From positions 1-60,758 of the IMG/VR virus record IMGVR_UViG_3300037520_000795: a stretch of 60,758 nucleotides of DNA. One strand, written 5' to 3'. Shown piece after piece: positions 53,481 through 60,758 of the stretch. The notes below the pieces were generated by a model that saw nothing but the letters and a program-made list of their open reading frames with translations, did no database searches and had not been told where the DNA came from. Source of the DNA: a virus. Its lineage: Duplodnaviria; Caudoviricetes. A program made the translations under genes and the position numbers. Position 1 is the stretch's first letter; every line of letters begins with the position of its first letter.

Positions 53481-55150
53481 AGAAGCACCCGCCGATCCCT
53501 CCACCTCCCATACCCGAGGTGGCAGAGTCGAACATCACGCAGCATGCGATGTCGCAACTGCGTGACCTCCAGGCGGAACTGGCCAATCGCCAGATCGAGG
53601 CCCTGCGTCTCTACGAGCCCATGCCCAAGCAGGACGAGTTCCACAGGTGCATGGCGTCCGAGCGGATCGTCATCGGCGGCAACCGGTCGGGTAAATCCCT
53701 ATCGACGTTCATCGAGGACGCACGGGCGGTCACCGGCCAGGACCCCTACAACAAGTACCCCAAGGAGAACGGCAACCTCGCCATCATCGGCAAGAACTGG
53801 TCTCACATCGGCTTGGTCGTTTACCCCATGCTGTTCCGAGCCGGGGCGTTCCGCATGATCCGCGACGAGGTGACTGGTGTCTGGAGGGCATACCGCCCAG
53901 CCACAGACGGCCACCGCCTCTTGCAGTCCAAACCCGCTCCTCCTTTAATACCGCCCCGCCTTATTAAAGACATCGCGTGGGTCCAGAAGAACGCTGGGTA
54001 TCTGAACTCCGTCGAGCTTACCAACGGTTGGCGAATCTTCGTGTTCTCCAGCGAAGGCGAGCCGCCCCAGGGTTTCCAGGCTGACCTTGTCCACATCGAC
54101 GAGGACATCAACAACGAGCGGTTCGTCGGAGAAATGCAGGCCAGACTCTCTGACCGTAAAGGGAGGTTTGTCTGGAGTGCAATGCCCCATTCGAAAAATG
54201 ACGCCTTGCTCGGCTTGTGCGAGCGTGCGGAGCGTGTGGCTGACAACCCGGACGCAATCATCCGGAAGTTCACCCTGCGGTTCCTTGACAACGATCACAT
54301 CGACAACGAGGAGAAGAAGAAGAACGTCGAGCGGTGGTCCGACCTTGGTGTCGAGGAACTCCGCATGCGTGCCGAGGGTGAGTTCACCCACGAATCCACG
54401 CTGATGTACCCGACGTTCAACACCAGCGTCCACGTGATCCCGCGTTCGGAACTGATGACAATCCCGGATGACTGGACAAGGTACGTTGCCATTGACCCAG
54501 GCCACACGGTCATGGCCGCACTGTTCGGTGCCGTGCCTCCGGGCGAGAAGTTTCTGCTAATCTACGACGAGCTTTACATCCGGGATTGCAACGCACTGAT
54601 CTTCGGTGAGCACTTCGCCAAGAAGGCCGAGGCTCAATCGTTCTGGTCGTTCATCCTGGACATGCACGGCGGTCGGTTGCGAGACATCGGTGGTGGTCGA
54701 CTGCCGCACGAACTGTACTCGGAGGAGTTGAGGAAACGGAACATCCGGTCGCGTGCGTCAGGCTACGGATTCATCCCTGGCTCCGACGACATCCCGGCTC
54801 GCACGGCCATGGTTCGGCAGATGCTCCACATCCGCGGCGACGGGACGACCAAGCTGAAGTTCTGGGAGGGTGCCTGTCCGAACCTGCTCCGCGAACTGAA
54901 GCGATACCGCAAGAAGACGACGACCCTCAATGGACAGACCTACGTGACCGACGAGCCCCAGACGCGGGGCGAGGTCCACGCCTGCCAAGTCCTTGAGTAC
55001 CTGTGTGCCTACGAACCCAAGTACCACCAACCCCCCAAGGTATTTGGCCCCCGGACCTGGATTGACAAGTACCTCACCGACAAGGCGCGGCGGAAGCGAA
55101 GTAGCTCCGATTCGTGCATTGTCCTTGGCCCCATAGGGAAACAGCCATGA
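53477..55150 (+). CDS. terL: Terminase large subunit
   Basis: Q motif (PKQDEFH), Walker A GGNRSGKS, Walker B VHIDED, nuclease motif AIDPG. Confidence 0.93.
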   Translation: MKKHPPIPPPPIPEVAESNITQHAMSQLRDLQAELANRQIEALRLYEPMPKQDEFHRCMASERIVIGGNRSGKSLSTFIEDARAVTGQDPYNKYPKENGNLAIIGKNWSHIGLVVYPMLFRAGAFRMIRDEVTGVWRAYRPATDGHRLLQSKPAPPLIPPRLIKDIAWVQKNAGYLNSVELTNGWRIFVFSSEGEPPQGFQADLVHIDEDINNERFVGEMQARLSDRKGRFVWSAMPHSKNDALLGLCERAERVADNPDAIIRKFTLRFLDNDHIDNEEKKKNVERWSDLGVEELRMRAEGEFTHESTLMYPTFNTSVHVIPRSELMTIPDDWTRYVAIDPGHTVMAALFGAVPPGEKFLLIYDELYIRDCNALIFGEHFAKKAEAQSFWSFILDMHGGRLRDIGGGRLPHELYSEELRKRNIRSRASGYGFIPGSDDIPARTAMVRQMLHIRGDGTTKLKFWEGACPNLLRELKRYRKKTTTLNGQTYVTDEPQTRGEVHACQVLEYLCAYEPKYHQPPKVFGPRTWIDKYLTDKARRKRSSSDSCIVLGPIGKQP

Positions 55151-55476
55151 ACGCCGAGACGAAGGCTTACCAGATGCCCGCCGCCGAAGTGGGCGACTGG
55201 GTTCTCTTTTACCCCCACCAGGACGCCGACTCGATCCCGGCCATGGTGACGAAGGTGTCGTCACGCACCCTCACCCTCTGGGCGATCGCCCCTGGGTACG
55301 GCGGGATCGACCGGTTCTCGGTCCACCACAAGTCCGACCCCGGCCTCCAGGAGTTCCCGGAGTGGAAGACGACCGGCCTGTGGGAGCACCGCCGCTCGCA
55401 GCACGCGATTTTGGCTGAAAAACTGGCTTCCCTGGAGAAGCGTCTGGCTGAAGTTGAGGGTCGCAACCGCAAGTAG
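55147..55476 (+). CDS. Hypothetical protein
   Basis: ATGA coupling; VGDWVLF...PAMVT. Confidence 0.7.
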   Translation: MNAETKAYQMPAAEVGDWVLFYPHQDADSIPAMVTKVSSRTLTLWAIAPGYGGIDRFSVHHKSDPGLQEFPEWKTTGLWEHRRSQHAILAEKLASLEKRLAEVEGRNRK

Positions 55477-55494
55477 GGCACTTACCAGTAGGAG
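55476..55494 (+). promoter_or_regulatory. Candidate late-promoter motif GGGCACT-N-GTAGGAG
   Basis: Intergenic, directly before the portal gene. Confidence 0.45.
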
Positions 55495-55500
55495 TTCTAC

Positions 55501-57549
55501 ATGCACGACAACCCACTTCGGGCCATCTCGGCGTCCTGGCTCAAGCTCTTGAAGCAGGCCAAGGACCACAAGAAGCCCTTCAACGACGATGCTTGGGAAG
55601 CCATGCAGTTCTTCTGCGGCGATCCCAACTTCATGTGGGAGAACTCCTACGCCCGTGGGGAACGGGGGTACAACAAGGGCATTGAGCCGCCCCCGTTCCG
55701 CATGCAGGTTAACCGGGTGTGGGAGGCCGTCCGCTTGTTTGCGGCGGTCATCCACCACCGGAACCCGACCCGCACCGTCACGGCCCGCAAGTACCCGGCC
55801 GTCGAGCCGATGATGCTCGGGATCATGCCCCAGCCTCCGCAGCCAATGATGGGCCCCCAGGGGCCTGTGATCGGTCCGGACGGCCAGCCCGTCATGCTCC
55901 CGGACCAGGGCTTGATGATGTACCAGCAGATGCTCCAGCAGCAGGAGTTCTTCCTGAAGAAGCGAGAGCTTGTGTCGAAGCTGCTGGAGGACTACCTGAA
56001 CTACACCCCCGTCGAACTGAACACCAAGACCCACAATCGCAAGGTGGTGGAAGAGGCGTTCATCAAGGGCGTCGGTGTGTGGTGGCATGAGATGTACGCC
56101 CCGGCCGGGTCGGACGTCCAGATGGCTGGGTCGTTCTACGACACCTTCGACAACCTCGTCTGGGACCCGGACGCCGACGACTTCCAGGACATCCGCTGGG
56201 CAGCCCGGCGTCGGTGCCAGCCCTTGGACGAGGTGGCGGCACGGTTCAATCTCTCCCGCGAGCAACTCAAGGGCCACCTGGAAAGCTACACCTCCCGTGC
56301 GGGCGAGGGCGAGCGTGGCCATGAGTTCAAGAAGAAGACCGGCAAGACGAACGACCTGATCGTCTACTGGGAAATCTACTCCAAGACCGGCTTCGGTGAC
56401 CGGCTCAAGGGGGCCGAGATCGACGAACGGATCAAGGGCTCGTTCGACTCCGTGGGTCAGAACTGCTACATCGTCGTGGCCGAAGGCGTGGACTTCCCGC
56501 TCAACATCCCGCCCTCGATGATGGACGAGCCCATCGAGGAGCCGCTGGACGACGGACTGGGCGGCGTGGGTGGCGAACCCGCCAAGACTGCCGTTCCCCA
56601 GAAGCTGTTCATGGCCGCTCAGTGGCCGGTGCCTTTCTGGATCGAGCCCCAGGGTTGGCCGTTCACGCTCTACTCCCTGCACTGGAAGCCTGGGTACTCC
56701 TACCCGGTGTCCATGATCCGCCCTGGGATCGGTGAGCTTCGCTTCATCAACTGGGCCATGAGTTGCTTGGCGACGAAGATTTCCATCTCGTCCAAGACTC
56801 TCATCGGCGTGGCCAAGGCCGCTGACCCGGAACTCAAGGACAAGATTCTCAACACCTCCGAGAACGGCTTCAACGTCGTGGAAATCTCGGAGGCCATTGG
56901 CCGCAACGTCAACGACGTCATCTCGGTGTTCCAGATGCCGCAGGTGACGCAGGACATGTGGCACATCATTGCCGAAGTGACGGCAATGTTCGATCGACGC
57001 GTCGGGTTGACCGAACTCGTCTACGGCATGACGCGGAACCAGTTCCGGAGTGCCGCTGAGGCAAACGTCAAAGCGGAGCAGATTAGCGTTCGCCCTGACG
57101 ACTACGCTAACATCCTCGAGGATTCGTTGTCGGAGTGTGCCCGCAAGGAGGCGTTGCTGGCCCGGTGGTTCGTGCGTCCCGAGGACATCGCTCCGCTCAT
57201 GGGTCCGATGGCTGCCCAGGCTTGGCAGATGCACGTTCGCAATCAGAACCCGGACCAGATCGTCCGCGAGTACGACTACCGCATCGAAGCCGGTTCGGCA
57301 CGCAAGCCGAACGTCGCCACTCGCGTCGAGAACATCAACAACGCCATGCAGATTCTCATGCCTGTTGCCCAGGGCATGCTCCAAGCCGGGAAGCCCGAAC
57401 TGTTCAACGCCCTCATCGAAGACTGGGGCAAGGCTCTCCAGGTGGACGTCGGCAAGTACATCTTGCCCCCGCCGCCACCGCCGCCACCACCACAAGGCCC
57501 CGTCGAGGGCCCGCCACCACAGGAAGGACCACCCGATGGACAGCGCTGA
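55501..57549 (+). CDS. Portal protein
   Basis: 682 aa after TerL; P22-like features (GVG.W, VWDPDA, RSAAEA, IEAGS); Pro-rich tail. Confidence 0.8.
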   Translation: MHDNPLRAISASWLKLLKQAKDHKKPFNDDAWEAMQFFCGDPNFMWENSYARGERGYNKGIEPPPFRMQVNRVWEAVRLFAAVIHHRNPTRTVTARKYPAVEPMMLGIMPQPPQPMMGPQGPVIGPDGQPVMLPDQGLMMYQQMLQQQEFFLKKRELVSKLLEDYLNYTPVELNTKTHNRKVVEEAFIKGVGVWWHEMYAPAGSDVQMAGSFYDTFDNLVWDPDADDFQDIRWAARRRCQPLDEVAARFNLSREQLKGHLESYTSRAGEGERGHEFKKKTGKTNDLIVYWEIYSKTGFGDRLKGAEIDERIKGSFDSVGQNCYIVVAEGVDFPLNIPPSMMDEPIEEPLDDGLGGVGGEPAKTAVPQKLFMAAQWPVPFWIEPQGWPFTLYSLHWKPGYSYPVSMIRPGIGELRFINWAMSCLATKISISSKTLIGVAKAADPELKDKILNTSENGFNVVEISEAIGRNVNDVISVFQMPQVTQDMWHIIAEVTAMFDRRVGLTELVYGMTRNQFRSAAEANVKAEQISVRPDDYANILEDSLSECARKEALLARWFVRPEDIAPLMGPMAAQAWQMHVRNQNPDQIVREYDYRIEAGSARKPNVATRVENINNAMQILMPVAQGMLQAGKPELFNALIEDWGKALQVDVGKYILPPPPPPPPPQGPVEGPPPQEGPPDGQR

Positions 57550-57814
57550 CAACATCCGAAAGCTACTCAAGGACGGAAAGGCTTGGACACGCAAGGAGGG
57601 GCAAGACCCCGAGGGTGGTCTGAATGAGCGTGGCCGGGCAGCCTACAACCGTGCCAACGACGCCAACCTCAAGCCGCCGCAGCCGGAAGGTGGCCCTCGT
57701 CGAGACTCCTTCTGTGCCCGGATGCAGGGGATGAAGGAGAAGCTGACGAGCAAGGAGACGGCCAACGATCCCGACAGCCGCATCAACAAGTCGCTGCGGA
57801 AGTGGAACTGCTGA
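57536..57814 (+). CDS. DUF6321-like small basic phage protein
   Basis: GGLN..GR..YN...NLKPP...RRDSFCARM.G...SLRKWNC. Confidence 0.75.
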   Translation: MDSADNIRKLLKDGKAWTRKEGQDPEGGLNERGRAAYNRANDANLKPPQPEGGPRRDSFCARMQGMKEKLTSKETANDPDSRINKSLRKWNC

Positions 57815-57839
57815 CCCAACCCCCCGAAAAGGAAGTCAG

Positions 57840-58391
57840 ATGCAAGCCGAACGCGACATGGAAGTTCCCGCAGAGATCGCCTCGTCCCCACGGTCCGTCC
57901 AGGATCACTACCGGAAGATGATCCGGGATGGCCAGAGCGAGCGGTTCGCGGTCATGTGTGCCTTGCAGGTCGCCCCCGGAACGCACGGCTGTGACCGGGC
58001 GTTCATGGAGGGCCGCATGAACAACCAGCAACTGGATGACATGCCAGAGAACCAAGCCAAGTACATCGCCCGCGAGGCCCGTGGTGCTGGCATCTCGATC
58101 GAGGGCAAGTACTACGTTGGTGGTCTGGCTGACGGGCGAGGCTGGAGGGACCCGGAAGCGTGGGTGTCCTCGACCGACGACATCCTCAAGGTCGCCAAGA
58201 AGCGGCGTCGGATGGTTCAGGGCAACGTCAACTACGACCCCGGCCCCGAGGCCCCGCAGCGAAAGGTGATGAGCGAGCGTCTCATCAAGGAGTACGTGGC
58301 CAGGGAACGCAAGACCGATCGGAAGAGTTCCGACGCTGACCTGCGTGCCAAGGTGATCGAGAAGCACGCCTACAAGGCCAAGGGGCGATGA
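57840..58391 (+). CDS. Hypothetical protein
   Basis: In-operon ORF with genome-typical codon usage. Confidence 0.7.
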   Translation: MQAERDMEVPAEIASSPRSVQDHYRKMIRDGQSERFAVMCALQVAPGTHGCDRAFMEGRMNNQQLDDMPENQAKYIAREARGAGISIEGKYYVGGLADGRGWRDPEAWVSSTDDILKVAKKRRRMVQGNVNYDPGPEAPQRKVMSERLIKEYVARERKTDRKSSDADLRAKVIEKHAYKAKGR

Positions 58392-58618
58392 GCAACTACC
58401 GCTACTTCCAGATGAAGCGGGACGACGAATCCGAGTGGATTCGCAAGAACCCCATTCTTCAACCTGGAGAGCCGGGGTTCTCGCGGGACACGAACACCAT
58501 GAAGGTTGGGGACGGAATCCTGCGATGGTCGGAACTGCCCAGGGCACTGGGTTCAGCGGGTGCTATTGCCGTGCTTTCCGAGGGGGTCACCACTCCGCTG
58601 GTGATTGACGTCCAATGA
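58388..58618 (+). CDS. Small fibre-attachment-domain protein (Mtd/hyaluronidase N-terminal-like)
   Basis: QMKRD...W...NPIL..GE.G...DT...KVGDG...W..LP. Confidence 0.75.
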   Translation: MSNYRYFQMKRDDESEWIRKNPILQPGEPGFSRDTNTMKVGDGILRWSELPRALGSAGAIAVLSEGVTTPLVIDVQ

Positions 58619-59847
58619 CCGCCGCCATGACGTTTCAGACCCGCGTGGTGATCGACCACATTCGCGGGACATCGTCTGCGCTTGCAGCAGCCAACCCGGT
58701 CGTTGGGTACGGCGTGTTCGTCATGGAGACCGACGCCGATCGAGGGAAGTTCGGGGACGGCCTCACGGCCTACAACGATCTTCCGTACTTTGCGGGCGAA
58801 GCTACCTGGGCCTCACTGTCGGGCAAGCCAGCCAGCTTCACTCCATCGTCGCACGCGTCCACGCACGGCTCGGCCGGTGCCGATCCAATCACCGTCGCCA
58901 TCAGTCAGGTCACCGGCCTCCAGACTGCCCTGGATGGCAAGCAGGCTACTGGCAGCTATGTCCTGACCACCGACTCCAGGCTGTCGGACTCGCGAGAGTG
59001 GTCGGCAGCCACGGTCACCCAGGCCCAAGCGGAGGCGGGCACGGGGACGACTCGTCTGGCGTGGACCGTGCAGCGAGTGTGGCAGGCAATTGCCGCATGG
59101 TGGGCGGCTTCTGCGGACAAGACGAAGCTTGACGGCGTGGCGGTCGGTGCGACGGCCAACTCGTCAGACGCTCACCTCTTGAGCCGAGACAACCACACCG
59201 GGACGCAGGTCGCCAGCACGATCAGCGACTTCTCCACGGCAGCAGTCGCGGCGGTCACCTGGACGACCCTGACCGGCAAGCCGTCGTTCGCCACCGTAGC
59301 AACAACCGGTTCCTACACGGACCTGTCCAACACCCCGGCTGCGTACACGCTCCCAACCGCCACTGCCTCTGTCCTTGGTGGCGTGAAGATCGGTTCGGGC
59401 ATTAGCATCGACGGCAATGGCGTGATCTCGGCATCTTCTGGATACACGCTCCCGATCGCATCCGCTTCCGTCCTGGGGGGCATCAAGATCGGTTCGGGTT
59501 TGTCCATCGACGGCTCTGGCGTGGTGTCTGCGGCCGGAACGTACACGCTGCCAAACGCCACGACCTCGACGCTCGGTGGCGTGATCATCGGCACGGGGCT
59601 GGCAGTGTCGTCGGGGACGGTCTCGGTGACCTACGGCACGAGCTCGAGCACTGCATGCGTCGGTGACGACGCGCGGCTCTCAGACGCAAGGACGCCGACG
59701 GCACATACGCAGGCTTGGTCGACCATCACGAGCACGCCTACGACACTTGCTGGATACGGCATTACCGATGGGCAAAAGACGATCACCAGCGGCACGGCCG
59801 CCCCGTCCGGCGGGAGTTCCGGGGATATCTACCTGAGGTACTCCTAA
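58615..59847 (+). CDS. Tail fibre protein
   Basis: N-terminal NPV...ETD...KFGDG domain; HASTH and DSRLSDSR motifs; three YTLP.A..S.LGG..IG.G repeats; SGTAAPSGG..GDIY. Confidence 0.85.
   Translation: MTAAMTFQTRVVIDHIRGTSSALAAANPVVGYGVFVMETDADRGKFGDGLTAYNDLPYFAGEATWASLSGKPASFTPSSHASTHGSAGADPITVAISQVTGLQTALDGKQATGSYVLTTDSRLSDSREWSAATVTQAQAEAGTGTTRLAWTVQRVWQAIAAWWAASADKTKLDGVAVGATANSSDAHLLSRDNHTGTQVASTISDFSTAAVAAVTWTTLTGKPSFATVATTGSYTDLSNTPAAYTLPTATASVLGGVKIGSGISIDGNGVISASSGYTLPIASASVLGGIKIGSGLSIDGSGVVSAAGTYTLPNATTSTLGGVIIGTGLAVSSGTVSVTYGTSSSTACVGDDARLSDARTPTAHTQAWSTITSTPTTLAGYGITDGQKTITSGTAAPSGGSSGDIYLRYS
59344..59610 (+). repeat. Three in-frame fibre repeats of about 33 aa
   Basis: tacacgct(c/g)cc starts at about 59344, 59443 and 59542. 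Confidence 0.75.
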
Positions 59848-60296
59848 TGAACTTGTCCGCTCTCGCCGCGAAGATCCGCGAGCCGCAATACGCCGGGCTC
59901 TCCGACCAAATGCTGGCCGACGCGATCAACGGCCTCCGCGTCTCCGTGCGTCGCCCGGTGCCGACTTGGGCGATCCGGCAAGCGGCAATCGAGGGGGGCT
60001 ACTGGGTCTCGCTTCTCGATGCCCGTGAGTCTTCGACCGCTGCCGTCCGCTCGCTCGCTCTGTCGGTCCTCGCGTGGATCGACGATCAGTCGGGGACGAT
60101 TCAGACCGTCGATCTCGACAGGCCCGCGGTGGTCGCCATGAGGGCCGCGCTCGTGTCGGCGGGGATCGTGACGCAGCAGCAGGCCGACGCGCTGTCGTCG
60201 CTTGCCGACCAGTCGATCCCGTGGACGGAGTCGGTCGGTCTGCCAGAAGTCGGGATCGGGCTCATCATCAACGCTCGGAGAATCGGCAATGGCTGA
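59847..60296 (+). CDS. Tail-fibre-associated hypothetical protein
   Basis: TAATG coupling; Y...SD...A..IN. Confidence 0.65.
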   Translation: MNLSALAAKIREPQYAGLSDQMLADAINGLRVSVRRPVPTWAIRQAAIEGGYWVSLLDARESSTAAVRSLALSVLAWIDDQSGTIQTVDLDRPAVVAMRAALVSAGIVTQQQADALSSLADQSIPWTESVGLPEVGIGLIINARRIGNG

Positions 60297-60758
60297 CCTA
60301 AAGCTGGCATACGGCACCGCGAGCGATGTGACAATCACGCTGGCGAGTCTTGCGAGCGACACGAACCTGTTGACGGGCCGCGAGTCGACGGCAGTGGATA
60401 ACACATCGTCGCTCGTCCTCGACTACCTCGTATCAGGCAAGATCACGGCTGGCACGGCACCGACGAACACCGGATCGAAGTCCATCGAGGTATGGGCAGT
60501 CGGCAGTTGGGACGGCACAAACTGGCCTTCGGTGTTTGACGGAACTGACTCGGACGAGACGGTAACGAGTGCCGACATCAAGGCCAGCGTTTGCCGGTTC
60601 GTTGCGGCGATGGCTTGCGACACGACAGCCGACCGCTCCTATTTCTTCGGGCCTGTGTCTCTCGCCGCTGTGTTTGGCGGGACGCTGCCGCCGAAGTTCG
60701 TGTTCTTCGTGACGCACAATCTGCGGACGACAACGCCAACCGGCGTGGCTCTCAATAG
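60289..60758 (+). CDS. 5' part of a virion/tail-associated protein; ends at 190 across the junction
   Basis: MADLKLAYGTASDVTITLASLAS...; open to the window end and continues in frame. Confidence 0.85.
   Translation, partial: MADLKLAYGTASDVTITLASLASDTNLLTGRESTAVDNTSSLVLDYLVSGKITAGTAPTNTGSKSIEVWAVGSWDGTNWPSVFDGTDSDETVTSADIKASVCRFVAAMACDTTADRSYFFGPVSLAAVFGGTLPPKFVFFVTHNLRTTTPTGVALN
60624..60758. repeat. Terminal direct repeat, copy 2
   Basis: Matches 1-135. Confidence 0.97.

Noticed and set aside
58615-60758. Diversity-generating retroelement acting on the fibre or LamG genes
   Set aside because: No reverse transcriptase and no template/variable repeat pair with adenine-specific mismatches was seen.

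Overview
The window is a complete, circularly permuted dsDNA tailed-phage genome of about 60.6 kb. Positions 1-135 repeat at 60624-60758 with one synonymous mismatch, and one CDS reads through that junction. The architecture looks podovirus-like: scaffold, major capsid, terminase, portal, tail fibres, adaptor/nozzle proteins and large Gly/Ala/Gln-rich ejection-type proteins. I saw no tape measure, sheath, DNA polymerase or recognisable peptidoglycan hydrolase. Other modules are (a) recombination/replication: exonuclease VIII-like nuclease, ERF annealase, SSB, a split SF2 helicase, HNH and a resolvase-like nuclease; (b) a membrane-protein module with two proteases (subtilisin S8 and papain-like C1); (c) a sigma-70-family factor and a serine recombinase; (d) a leftward early region with a class II glutamine amidotransferase and amidoligase pair; (e) a control region at about 34.6-37.4 kb. 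The most notable signals are: (1) a tandem array of unrelated enzyme-like proteins just upstream of scaffold/capsid (putative ADP-ribosyltransferase folds, a ParB/Srx-like domain, a zincin) that share the leader M(P)NPLNRA, which also heads a large ejection-type protein, suggesting a capsid-targeting signal on swappable injected effectors; (2) a promoter-driven tRNA-like RNA with perfect acceptor, D and T stems, a collapsed anticodon arm and an extra hairpin in the D-loop; (3) a GG(A/G)CAYT-N-TAGG motif heading the late operons; (4) a 21-bp inverted repeat at the strand switch. All product calls come from reading motifs by eye; no database search was run. A Planctomycetota host is only an inference.
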